The notes: a model not told the origin generated them from the sequence alone. A stretch of 64,000 bases of DNA from Macrostomum hystrix (GCA_950097015.1 CATNEN010000002.1:5394001-5458000), one strand, 5' to 3'; positions 12,568 to 24,869 are shown, numbered from the stretch's first letter. Program-made: numbers and translations.

Positions 12568-13405
12568 CCGAGAACTGGATTATCGAGAACTGGATTTTAG
12601 TGAGAAGTGGATTAAAGTGAACTGGATTAACAAGAACTGGATTAACAAGAACTGGATTAACAAGAACTGGATTAACGAGTACGGATTAACGAGTACTGGA
12701 TTAACAAGAACTGGATTAACGAGTACGGATTAACGAGAACTGGATTACTAAGAACTGGATTAACGGGTATGGATTAACAAGAACTGGATTAACGAGTACG
12801 GATTAACGAGAACTGGATTACCGAGTACGTATTAACGAGAACTGGATTACCGAGTACTGGATTAACAAGAACTGGATTAACGAGTACGGATTAACGAGAA
12901 CTGGATTACCGAGTACGTATTAACAAGAACTGGATTAACGAGTACTGGATTAACAAGAACTGGATTAACGAGTACGGATTAACGAGAACTGGATTAGCGA
13001 GTACGTATTAACGAGAACTGGATTACCGAGTACGTATTAACGAGAACTGGATTACCGAGTACGTATTAACAAGAACTGGATTAACGAGTACTGGATGAAC
13101 AAGAACTGGATTAACGAGTACGGATTAACGAGAACTGGATTAACGAGAAGTGGATTAACCAGAAGTGGACAAACGAGAACTGGATTAGTGAGAAGTGGAT
13201 TAAAGAGAATTGGATTACTAAGAACTGGATTAACGGGTATGGATTAACGAGAACTGGATTACTAAGAACTGGATTAACGAGTATGGATTAACAAGAACTG
13301 GATTAACGAGTACGGATTAACGAGAACTGGATTAACGAGTACTGGATTAACAAGAACTGGATTATTGAGAAGTGGATTAGAGAGAACTGGATAAACGAGA
13401 AGTTG
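12568..13405. repeat. Minisatellite, 14-15-bp AACTGGATTAACRAG / TACGGATTAACGAG
   Basis: Direct tandem copies with two alternating variants. Confidence 0.93.
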
Positions 13406-13534
13406 GGAAATTGTAAAAAGGAGGCTATTTAGACAGTGACATTTTAAGAGACAGACTTAACATTGATGGAGATAGACAATGAGACGATGAGACTCGTGAC
13501 TCGTAAGAGACAATAGGATTCGTAAGGGATAAAC

Positions 13535-14300
13535 AATGAGATTTGTGAGACAGAGGCAATGAGATTTGTGAGAGATAGACAATGAGATTTGTGAGAGATA
13601 GACGATGAGATTTGTGAGAGATAGACGATGAGATTTGTGAGAGATAGACGATGAGATTTGTGAGAGATAGACGATGAGATTTGTGAGAGATAGACGATGA
13701 GATTTGTGAGAGATAGACGATGAGATTTGTGAGAGATAGACGATGAGATTTGTGAGACAGAGGCAATGAGATTTGTGAGAGATAGACAATGAGATTTGTG
13801 AGAGATAGACGATGAGATTTGTGAGAGATAGACGATGAGATTTGTGAGAGATAGACGATGAGATTTGTGAGAGATAGACGATGAGATTTGTGAGAGATAG
13901 ACGATGAGATTTGTGAGAGATAGACGATGAGATTTGTGAGAGATAGACGATGAGATTTGTGAGAGATAGACGATGAGATTTGTGAGAGATAGACGATGAG
14001 ATTTGTGAGAGATAGACGATGAGATTTGTGAGAGATAGACGATGAGATTTGTGAGAGATAGACGATGAGATTTGTGAGAGATAGACGATGAGATTTCTGA
14101 GAGATAGACGATGAGATTTGTGAGAGATAGACGATGAGATTTGTGAGAGATAGACGATGAGATTTGTGAGAGATAGACGATGAGATTTGTGAGAGATAGA
14201 CGATGAGATTTGTGAGAGATAGACGATGAGATTTGTGAGAGATAGACGATGAGATTTGTGAGAGATAGACAATGAGATTTGTGAGAGATAGACAATGAGA
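13535..14300. repeat. Minisatellite, 23-bp GATGAGATTTGTGAGAGATAGAC
   Basis: Highly homogeneous tandem copies. Confidence 0.95.
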
Positions 14301-14754
14301 TTGCGAGTTGGTCCTATAATTTTTAATACCGCGATCCAGAAAGATGGCTGATAAAACTGACAGTCGTACAAAAGCCGGCCAGCAAAAATACTTTTATCCC
14401 ACTCTGTGGGGATAGAACATGCAAAAAGGGCCGCGCGGAGGCAGATCTGCCACCTTGGCTCTAACCAACACAACAGCCGAGACATCCCAGATCCCCAAAC
14501 CAGCCCCTATCTGAGTGAGTGAAGCATTGTCTGAATTGCTTTGCGACTCAGAGCACTCAGGCAGCACTCAACACCGGAGTGTTTTTCCATTGTGCTGCGG
14601 CATTTTAAACCCTAGCAGATAATGATGGATTTCGTGTCTGTTGCTGCAAAATTGACTGCCTTGAGTAGAGCTGAGCAGTTCTGCTGGTATTGTTGTTTGA
14701 AAATTACCTATCAACTTTAAGGATGCACCCACACTGTTGTTTACTCTCGACATT

Positions 14755-15900
14755 ATCTCCCCTCACCTCTTCCCATCCTCTCACCTTCCTCTCTCCCCCA
14801 TCCTCTCACCTCCCTCTCTCCCCCATCCTCTCACCTCCCTCTCTTCCCCATCCTCTCACCTCCCTCTCTTCCCCATCCTCAAACCTCCCTCTCTTCCCCA
14901 TCCTCTCACCTCCCTCTCTCCCCCATCCTCTAACCTCCCTCTCTTCCCCATCCTCTCACCTCCCTCTCTTCCCCATCGTCTCACCTCCCTCTCTTCCCCA
15001 TCCTCTAACCTCCCTCTCTCCCCCATCCTCTAACCTCCCTCTCTTCCCCATCCTCTAACCTCCCTCTCTTCCCCATCCTCTCACCTCCCTCTCTTCCCCA
15101 TCCTCTAACCTCCCTCTCTCCCCCATCCTCTCACCTCCCTCTCTTCCCCATCCTCTAACCTCCCTCTCTTCCCCATCCTCTAACCTCCCTCTCTTCCCTA
15201 TCCTCTAACCTTCCTCTCTTCCCCATCCTTTAACCTCCCTCTCTTCCCCATCCTCTAACCTTCCTCTCTTCCCCATCCTTTAACCTCCCTCTCTTCCCCA
15301 TCCTCTCACCTCCCTCTCTTCCCCATCCTTTAACCTCCCTCTCTTCCCCATCCTCTCACCTCCCTCTCTTCCCCATCCTCTAACCTCCCTCTCTTCCCCA
15401 TCCTCTAACCTCCCTCTCTTCCCCATCCTCTAACCTCCCTCTCTTCCCTATCCTCTAACCTTCCTCTCTTCCCCATCCTTTAACCTCCCTCTCTTCCCCA
15501 TCCTCTAACCTCCCTCTCTTCCCCATCCTCTAACCTCCCTCTCTTCCCCATCCTCTAACCTCCCTCTCTTCCCCATCCTCTAACCTCCCTCTCTTCCCTA
15601 TCCTCTAACCTTCCTCTCTTTCCCATCCTTTAACCTCCCTCTCTTCCCCATCCTCTAACCTCCCTCTCTTCCCCATCCTCTAACCTCCCTCTCTTCCCCA
15701 TCTTCTCACCTCCCTCTCTTCCCCATCCTCTCACCTCCCTCTCTTCCCCATCCTCTAACCTCCCTCTCTTCCCCATTCTCACCTTCCTCTCTCCCCCCAT
15801 CCTCTAACCTCCCTCTCTTCCCCATTCTCACCTTCCTCTCTCCCCCCATCCTCTAACCTCCCTCTCTTCCCCATTCTCACCTTCCTCTCTCCCCCCATCC
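14755..15900. repeat. Minisatellite, 25-bp TCCCTCTCTTCCCCATCCTCTAACC
   Basis: Direct tandem copies, no G on + strand; ends ~80 nt before the acceptor at 15980. Confidence 0.95.
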
Positions 15901-15980
15901 TCTCACTTTCCCTTCTTCCAAAAGCTGAATTCCGGAGCAGAGTATTGAGAAGAGGTGCGCACCCGTTTCTCCCCTGCCAG

Positions 15981-16125
15981 GCAACGTCAAGCCAGAAGCT
16001 GAAGAAGGACACTGGGACTAACACTGAGTCAAAGGGCACCGTGACAGAGCCCGAGTGTCTCGGTCCCTGCGAACCCGGCACCAGCATCAACCTGGATGGC
16101 ATCGTCTGGCTGGAGACCAACTCAG
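15981..16125 (+). CDS. sbb: sbb paralog 1, exon 2 (first half of conserved family domain)
   Basis: Acceptor CCGTTTCTCCCCTGCCAG|[51 protein letters not shown] matches the ZNF608/609 motif [21 protein letters not shown]. Donor CAG|GTTAGT, phase 1. Confidence 0.93.
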
Positions 16126-16486
16126 GTTAGTCTTGGAAAAAGTTTTCAAAATTGATCACATTCGAATGTATATGCCGAACTGCTTTATTGTTTTATCACA
16201 AGTTGGTCCGAATTCCATTTATCCTTTTTAATCGTTCTTTGCGAATTAATCTGACCTTTGATGAAAGTCTATCCCTTTCTAAGCCCTTGATTTATCCCAT
16301 CGCCTAACTTCCTTTTATCCACGTAGGATTAAAGGACCTAATCCAACATTTAATCCCTTACATTCTAAGTCCTCAAATCTTTATGCTTAAAGTCATTGCC
16401 AATAACGAGACAGTCAGATCACAATTCAACTCCAGTTTAATCTCTGACTCATTTATTCTCACTCAAGATTTGTAACAAAACTCCTC

Positions 16487-17950
16487 TCTGTCTGCTTGTC
16501 TGTAAATCTGTCTGCTTGTCTGTAAATCTGTCTGCTTGTCTGTAAATCTGTCTGCTTGTCTGTAAATCTGTCTGCTTGTCTGTAAATCTGTCTGCTTGTC
16601 TGTCTGCTTGTCTGTAAATCTGTCTGCTTGTCTGTAAATCTGTCTGCTTGTCTGTAAATCTGTCTGCTTGTCTGTAAATCTGTCTGCTTGTCTGTAAATC
16701 TGTCTGCTTGTCTGCAAATCTGTCTGCTTGTCTGTAAATCCGTCTGCTTGTCTGTAAATCTGTCTGCTTGTCTGTAAATCTGTCTGCTTGTCTGTAAATC
16801 TGTCTGCTTGTCTGTAAATCTGTCTGCTTGTCTGTAAATCTGTCTGCTTGTCTGTAAATCTGTCTGCTTGTCTGTAAATCTGTCTGCTTGTCTGTAAATC
16901 TGTCTGCTTGTCTGTAAATCTGTCTGCTTGTTTGTAAATCTGTCTGCTTGTCTGTAAATCTGTCTGCTTGTCTGTAAATCTGTCTGCTTGTCTGCAAATC
17001 TGTCTGCTTGTCTGTAAATCTGTCTGCTTGTCTGTAAATCTGTCTGCTTGTCTGTAAATCTGTCTGCTTGTCTGTAAATCTGTCTGCTTGTCTGTAAATC
17101 TGTCTGTCTGTCTGTAAATCTGTCTGCTTGTCTGCAAATCTGTCTGCTTGTCTGTGAATCTGTCTGTCTGTCTGTAAATCTGTCTGCTTGTCTGTAAATC
17201 TGTCTGCTTGTCTGTAAATCTGTCTGCTTGTTTTAAATCTGTCTGCTTGTCTGTGAATCTGTTTGTCTGTCTGTAAATCTGTCTGCTTGTCTGCAAATCT
17301 GTCTGCTTGTCTGTGAATCTGTCTGTCTGTCTGTAAATCTGACTGTCTGTCTGTAAATCTGTCTGCTTGTCTGTAAATCTGTCTGCTTGTCTGTGAATCT
17401 GTCTGCTTGTCTGTAAATCTGTCTGTCTGTCTGTAAATCTGTCTGCTTGTCTGTAAATCTGTCTGCTTGTCTGTAAATCTGTCTGTCTGTCTGTAAATCT
17501 GTCTGCTTGTCTGCAAATCTGTCTGCTTGTCTGTGAATCTGTCTGTCTGTCTGTAAATCTGTCTGCTTGTCTGTAAATCTGTCTGCTTGTCTGTAAATCT
17601 GTCTGCTTGTTTTAAATCTGTCTGCTTGTCTGTGAATCTGTTTGTCTGTCTGTAAATCTGTCTGCTTGTCTGCAAATCTGTCTGCTTGTCTGTGAATCTG
17701 TCTGTCTGTCTGTAAATCTGACTGTCTGTCTGTAAATCTGTCTGCTTGTCTGTAAATCTGTCTGCTTGTCTGTGAATCTGTCTGCTTGTCTGTAAATCTG
17801 TCTGTCTGTCTGTAAATCTGTCTGCTTGTCTGTAAATCTGTCTGCTTGTCTGTAAATCTGTCTGCATGTCTGTAAATCTGTCTGCTTGTCTGTAAATCTG
17901 TCTGCTTGTCTGTCTGTCTCTCTGCTTGTCTATCTGCCTGTCTGCTTATC
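16487..17950. repeat. Minisatellite, 20-bp TGTCTGCTTGTCTGTAAATC
   Basis: About 70 tandem copies in intron 2 of paralog 1. Confidence 0.95.
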
Positions 17951-18469
17951 TGTCTGTCCGTCTGTCTGCCGGTCTCTCTATTTCCTTTTCTCTTTCCGCT
18001 CAAATTTATGCTCCTAGCCGCACAAGGAACTCCCATTGCTCCTTAGCTAGCGGGGGTTGAGCTGGGTGGCTTTGCTTAATCATGTGAGTAAGTGGCGAAC
18101 GGTCTGAGCTGCTTTCGGTTCGGGTGGGGGGTAGTTGGCTCAGGACCGTCAAAGACTTGGCTGCCCCAGAAGCTGATTCACGGAATTAGAGGAGCTGAGC
18201 AACCCACAGCCCTGACTGGCATCGTTAATTATATCCCCACAGTTCCCAAAACTCTAAACTCCCCTTTCCAAGCTCTCACTATCACTATCAGGCCCTTTTA
18301 TTCCTTTTCTCCTCCATCCTCAACCGCAACCAAAATCGACTATATGAAGAGCTGGGGGGAAAAACTGCCCAGGGGGATAATTCTATCTGCATCAGCCTGG
18401 GTGTATCAGGCTGTGTGGCAGTATCCCCTCCCTGTCTTTGATATGCGATGATCAAATGTAACATTCGCT

Positions 18470-18770
18470 TGAGTTGACCCAAATGAGGATTCTTGACCCA
18501 TTGTTCCTCATGAGGATTCTTGACCCTCTGGACCCTAATGAGAATTCTTGACCCACTCAATTCAAATGAGGATTCTTGACCCACTTAATTCAAATGAGGA
18601 TTCTTGACCCATTGTTCCTCATGAGGATTCTTGACCCACTTGACCCAAATGAAGATTCTTGACCCACTTAATTCAAATATGGATTCTTGACCCTATTGAC
18701 CCAAATAAGGATTCTTGACCCATTTTTGCAAATGAGGATTCCTGACCCATAGTTGCAAATGAGGATTCCT
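18470..18770. repeat. Minisatellite, ~22-27-bp AAATGAGGATTCTTGACCCA(N)n
   Basis: About 11 degenerate copies ending ~12 nt before the acceptor AG at 18785. Confidence 0.88.
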
Positions 18771-18785
18771 GCCGCTTCCCGCCAG

Positions 18786-19904
18786 GCATGCTAGTCGTCA
18801 ACGTGACCTGGCGCGGTCGGACCTACGTTGGCACATTGCTAGACTCTTCGCAGCATGACTTCGCACCACCTGACGCGCCCGACGGTCTCGACGGCCAGGA
18901 CGCCAGCGTCGGTAGCAACGGCTGCGTTGACCCGGTGGGCAGCTCTCGCAGCGTCGGGTTAGTCAACAGCGCCGGCTCGTCATCGAGTAGTCGACGCAAG
19001 CGGCGGGCTGCGGAGCGGGGCTGCAACGGAGCGGCAGCTTCGACGACCAAGAGAAGGCCGTCAACTGGAACACAGCAGAAACAGCAGAAGCAACAGCAGC
19101 AGCAGCAGCAGCGCAATGGTTCCAGATCCAGCGTCACTGATCATGACAACTCTGGCCAGCTCCCGATACGCTGCCCGCACCCCGACTGTTCCAAACGATT
19201 CATCAGCGTTCTGGCCATGAAGTGGCATCACAATGACTGCCACACCCGCCGGGAGGAGCCACCGCCGCCGCCGCCGCCCCCGCCCCTGCCCCCGCCGCCA
19301 GCGTCACCGCAGCCACCGCCGCCGCCGCCGCAAACAGCGCCGAGTCAGCTCAGCTCGGTGTTCAAAGTGCCCGAGTGCGGTCGCAAGCCGGCCGTGTCGC
19401 TGGCCAAGAAGCTCAAACACTCCCAGTCAGCAGCGCCAGTCGGCGAGACTTCAACCAAGTCAGCCGCCAAGAGTCCAGCGCCAGCCAAGCCGCCGTCCTC
19501 GCCTTCATCGTCGCCATCGTCGTCCACTTCATCGTCCGCATTGTCTCCGTCGCAGTCGACGAAATCTCTTGGCCGAATGTCCATGGACTTTCCGTCCATG
19601 CCATCAGCTGCTTTCCTTCAGTCTGCGCCCTCCGTCAGCGTGGCCTCCTTGCCTTTTCCCAGTAGACCTCATCCGCCGCCGCCGCCGCCGCCACCACCAC
19701 CGCCAATGCATCATCCTCAAATGTCGCATCCGTGGCTGCCATTTTCACCGACAGCCGCCTCCTCCGTCGCCGCCGCAGCCGCTGCAGACCAGCAGAAATT
19801 ATTTGAACTTGAGCAACTGCGACTGATGGAGGCGGCCGCTGCTGCTTTTGCCGCCTTTCCTGGCAACATGCCGGCCTTCCTAAGAGATCCGTTCGCATTT
19901 CCCG
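18786..19904 (+). CDS. sbb: sbb paralog 1, exon 3 (second half of conserved domain, single C2H2 finger at 19172-19243, Pro/Ser/Ala-rich tail)
   Basis: Acceptor CTTCCCGCCAG|GC completes the Gly codon. [28 protein letters not shown] and CPHPDCSKRFISVLAMKWHHNDCH (Cx4Cx12Hx4H) are present. Canonical donor CCG|GTGAGT at 19905, phase 1. Confidence 0.95.
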
Positions 19905-19909
19905 GTGAG

Positions 19910-21015
19910 TACACAGAAGCAAACAGAACAGAAGCAGTTCAGTACAAACAGAATCAGTTCAGTACAAACAGAATCAGTTCAGTACAAACAGAATCAGTTC
20001 AGTACAACCAGAATCAGTTCAGTACAAACAGAATCAGTTCAGTACAAACAGAATCAGTTCAGTACAAACAGAATCAGTTCAGTACAAACAGAATCAGTTC
20101 AGTACAAACAGAATCAGTTCAGTACAAACAGAATCAGTTCAGTACAACCAGAATCAGTTCAGTGCAAACAGAATCAGTTCAGTACAAACAGAATCAGTTC
20201 AGTACAAACAGAAGCAGTTCAGTGCAACCAGAATCAGTTCAGTACAAACAGAATCAGTTCAGTACAAACAGAATCAGTTCAGTACAAACAGAATCAGTTC
20301 AGTACAAACAGAATCAGTTCAGTACAAACAGAATCAGTTCAGTACAAACAGAATCAGTTCAGTACAAACAGAATCATTTCAGTACAAACAGAATCAGTTC
20401 AGTACAAACAGAATCAGTTCAGTACAAACAGAATCAGTTCAGTACAAACAGAATCAGTTCAGTACAAACAGAATCAGTTCAGTACAAACAGAATCAGTTC
20501 AGTACAAACAGAATCAGTTCAGTACAAACAGAATCAGTTCAGTGCAACCAGAAGCAGTTCAGTACAAACAGAATCAGTTCAGTACAAACAGAATCAGTTC
20601 AGTACAAACAGAAGCAGTTCAGTACAAACAGAATCAGTTCAGTACAAACAGAATCAGTTCAGTACAAACAGAATCAGTTCAGTACAAACAGAATCAGTTC
20701 AGTACAAACAGAATCAGTTCAGTACAACCAGAATCAGTTCAGTACAAACAGAATCAGTTCAGTACAAACAGAATCAGTTCAGTACAAACAGAATCAGTTC
20801 AGTACAAACAGAATCATTTCAGTACAAACAGAATCAGTTCAGTACAAACAGAATCAGTTCAGTACAAACAGAATCAGTTCAGTACAAACAGAATCAGTTC
20901 AGTACAAACAGAATCATTTCAGTACAAACAGAATCAGTTCAGTACAAACAGAATCAGTTCAGTACAAACAGAATCAGTTCAGTACAAACAGAATCAGTTC
21001 AGTGCAACCAGAAGT
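19910..21015. repeat. Minisatellite, 20-bp AGTACAAACAGAATCAGTTC
   Basis: About 54 copies starting just after the donor at 19905. Confidence 0.95.
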
Positions 21016-21539
21016 AGTTCGGTTTGAGAGGGAGGCGATAGGGGATAATTTTCCTAAATCATTTTACACACCCACCCGTTGACAAAATCTTCCAGGTGGG
21101 CGGTTTAGAAAAATAATTCCGATAACTGTCGCCCCCACCCAGTCGGAAAAACTGCAGGGCAGGGAAATGTTTATTGAACAAGAACAAGGGGGTGACTTTG
21201 AAGCTAAGCTGTGCCGATCTTTTGACCTTAAATTGCCCACTGCCTCAGTGACTGCACAGCCAGATGGTGCAGGCTGAACTGGACACTCCCGGTCTGTGTC
21301 TGGCTGGGCCAAGCAAAAACTCAAGTGCTTCGCCATTCCTTCACTTTAATGCGAAGATATCCAACTAAGATAGTCGGATGCTGGCGGTGTGCCGGCTTCA
21401 TCTGTAGAGCCACCTTTTACTTCTGGGGTGAAGGGTGTTCGGGGTCGGGTTTGACAGCAGATCGTGCTGCTACCCATGAACATCTGCAGATGGGCTTCGC
21501 CACACATCATCATCATCTGTGCCCTGCGGTTCTTGCCCG

Positions 21540-22335
21540 CTGCCTCTGTCACTCTCCCTGCCTCTCTCTGTCACTCTCCCTGCCTCTCTCTGTCACTCTC
21601 CCTGCCTCTCTCTGTCACTCTCCCTGCCTCTCTCTGTCACTCTCCCTGCCTCTCTCTGTCACTCTCCCTGCCTCTCTCTGTCACTCTCGCCGCCTCTCTC
21701 TGTCACACTCCCTGCCTCTCTCTGTCACTCTCGCCGCCTCTCTCTGTCACTCTCGCCGCCTCTCTGTCACTCTCGCCGCCTCTCTCTGTCACTCTCCCTG
21801 CATATCTCTGTCACTCTCCCTGCCTCTCTCTGTCACTCTCGCCGCCTCTCTCTGTCACACTCCCTGCCTCTCTCTGTCACTCTCGCCGCCTCTCTCTGTC
21901 ACTCTCGCCGCCTCTCTCTGTCACTCTCGCCGCCTCTCTCTGTCACTCTCCCTGCCTCTCTCTGTCACTCTCGCCGCCTCTCTCTGTCACTCTCCCTGCC
22001 TCTCTCTGTCACTCTCCCTGCATATCTCTGTCACTCTCCCTGCCTCTCTCTGTCACTCTCGCCGCCTCTCTCTGTCACTCTCCCTGCCTCTCTCTGTCAC
22101 TCTCCCTGCCTCTCTCTGTCACTCTCCCTGCCTCTCTCTGTCACTCTCCCTGCCTCTCTCTGTCACTCTCCCTGCCTCTCTCTGTCACTCTCCCTGCCTC
22201 TCTCTGTCACTCTCCCTGCCTCTCTCTGTCACTCTCGCCGCCTCTCTCTGTCACACTCCCTGCCTCTCTCTGTCACTCTCCCTGCATATCTCTGTCACTC
22301 TCCCTGCCTCTCTCTGTCACTCTCGCCGCCTCTCT
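21540..22335. repeat. Minisatellite, 22-bp CTCTCTCTGTCACTCTCCCTGC
   Basis: Direct tandem copies. Confidence 0.95.
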
Positions 22336-22416
22336 TTCTCTTAGAATTCATTGTACAGTTTTTTACTTCATAATTTAACTAATTGACCAACTTCTAACTT
22401 ATTATCCCCATTTTAG

Positions 22417-22445
22417 CGGCCGCGTTTCCTCAGATCCCTAAATGA
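22417..22445 (+). CDS. sbb: Probable short terminal coding exon of sbb paralog 1 (..AAAFPQIPK*)
   Basis: Branch-like CTAAC at 22394, pyrimidine tract and TTTTAG acceptor. Phase 1 joins G|CG to give Ala; TGA at 22443-22445. Total CDS 1665 nt is divisible by 3. Confidence 0.55.
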
Positions 22446-23827
22446 GCCAAGTTGGTTCCTCACGGCTGCATGACATGGAGTTTCAATCTAATGAGGGACC
22501 TTATTGACTGTGTGCTGGCGGCTATATTTATTATACCTTATCGATTGCTTCACCAGCCTCCACTCATTCATTACTGTTTATAGGAACTCTATTGATCTCC
22601 AAAATTAATCCTAATTTGTTTGAATAATTGTGTCTTTCCTCATCTTTTATACTTATTGTATGGTGGGAGACGAAGGTTATTAGTTTTATTTTTACTACTT
22701 ACTGTGCACAACAGTAACTGTGCAAGCTGGGTAGAATTTCGACTGATATGCATGTACATAGAGGGTAGAGGAAGAGATGTACATATAGGGTAAGGGTTTG
22801 ACTGTTGCAGAGTGTACATAGGAGGATTGAGATTCTTTCGGGTGTGTGTACATAGGGTTAGTCTGGAATTGTACAGCTAGCTGTAGATAGGGTTGGTCGG
22901 CCATTTTCGATGTGACTCGTTGACTATTTAATTTCACTTAGCTATAGCTTCTGAATTCACAGAGAGATGCACAAAAGCAGCAGCGACCTTACTTTCAGGC
23001 ACCTTACTTTCACTTGACAGCTTTCAGCTTCACATTCGATCAATGGATTGTTTCTCATCTTTATCATGCTTTGCCGCGTGCTTTTCACCCAACAATTTCT
23101 TTCTTTATTATTAGTCAGAACGTATTGATATTGTCACATATGACGTCATGATTTCTAACCGCTTTGTTAGATTTTTTCGTCAAAAGCAAACCGCTCTGCT
23201 TTGCTCGCTATTTCGTTGTTGCTTACTAGCCTTAGACAAGCTGTGCTCTGACTGTAACTCTTGCATAAACCGCTTTCGTTTGCTAATCCGTGTTCAACTG
23301 TGCATGATTTTGTCAAGTTTTTTTAATTTTTCACGATAAAAACTGCTCTAATAAATTGCTGGTCGCACAGTTTTTTTGCTGCTAAAATGCAATTTGATTC
23401 TTAAGCGGAAAATAAATATGAAAATATGAGAACTTATGAGTTTTGTTTAACCGGGTGAATGACCGGGAGACCGGCACAATTTCTTATTTACTGTTTATTT
23501 TTTATTCTAAAATCTTTAAACTCCATCTATGAAATCGAAAGCAAACAAAACCTTAACAGTAGAAAGACAACAGTATATTTCCACCCGAGGAATGACAACG
23601 GGTGTATTTCAAATACCCATGCCATGCCGACTTCACGATAGCTCCCAAACCGAATGACCGACTTTCGTGAAAGTCCAACAAACGGATCGATATTTTCCGC
23701 CCTTTACGATGAACTAACACCCGAAGCCGTACGATGTCAGCATTGTCGAGATATTCAGCGATTCTCGTCGAAGACCCTGCTGAAAAGGGGCAATTATAGC
23801 ATATAGCGAATTCAAATTGGCTCAAAA

Positions 23828-23985
23828 ATAAAATAATTGACAATATAACCAATATAAAAATATAAAAAATGTAATAATTGACAATATAACCCATATAAAA
23901 ATATAAATAATAAAATAATTGACAATATAACCCATATAAAAATATCAAAAATTAAATGATTTGCAATATAACCCATATAAAAATT
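23828..23985. repeat. Short AT-rich tandem repeat, ~45-bp TAATTGACAATATAACCCATATAAAAAT..
   Basis: About 4 degenerate copies. Confidence 0.75.
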
Positions 23986-24869
23986 AAAAAATAATAGCTG
24001 ACGTGGCTACATTTACGAGCTACATTTTTATAAAAAATTTGTTTATATTGTTTTTTAGCTGAAACTGCTAAAGATGTAGAATATCTCAGAAAAAATGTGG
24101 GTAGTGTATAGATTCCCCCATATATAGTCTTTGTACTGTTCACAATGCGAGTTGTAAACTGTAATCTGACACAAGCAGGTGTGAGCATTTTGTAAGGATT
24201 AAATTAAATGCATGCTATTAATGTGCTAAAAACAAATAAATGTGGCCTCGCCGCGGAGTCGCCATTTAAACAAGCGATCAATAAAAGTGGAAAAGCTGGA
24301 ATAGAATAAGATTAGAATGGAAAATACGCGGAAACTTCACCAAAGCCTAAATAGACAGAATTCTAAACTAAAAAAAACTTTGCCAATCACCACAAATGCT
24401 TGACAGACAGACAAGCGCCACTGTCCACAATACCCGGTTATCCTATAGGGATATCGGGAGGAGTTTTGCTTGAATAGTGAAGTGAGGATTAGAGAGAGGG
24501 GAGGGGAGCTCTGGCAGGTCGTGCGAGTCAGTCAGCCAGTCAGCATGCTAAAGTCAAGTTTACTCTGTTTGCTCTGGTCAAACAAGACCAGGAAAAATGC
24601 ATTGCACAACCCATGCTTACCATATGTATATGTATATTCTGTTCCCCTCTGCCCAGACACTGGGAGCATTGGGGCAAAGTCGTGTCGATAAGGCAAAGGG
24701 AGCGGTACTGTTTGGCGGGCCACTGCATGGATCACAATTAACCATCTGTCTCTAACTGTGAACTAGCCAACCAACTTTGAATGTTGAAACTGCACTCCTT
24801 GTCGGTGATTGGCAACAAGATTAACTCTGGACAGTTGATTTGATTCAGTTTTTGTAGTACATCGAGATT

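Noticed and set aside
18823-19922. Antisense and alternate-frame ORFs over the sbb exons (also 49262-51126 and 7722-8306)
   Set aside because: These are shadows of GC-rich, CAG/CCG-rich coding exons; the true frame is fixed by conserved motifs and splice phases.
21458-21540. Alternative exon TTGACAG|CA..DRAATHEHLQMGFATHHHHL, in frame with paralog 1 exon 3
   Set aside because: The acceptor has a poor pyrimidine tract, there is no good donor, and the frame runs into a satellite. The 22417 acceptor is much better. Not fully excluded without RNA data.
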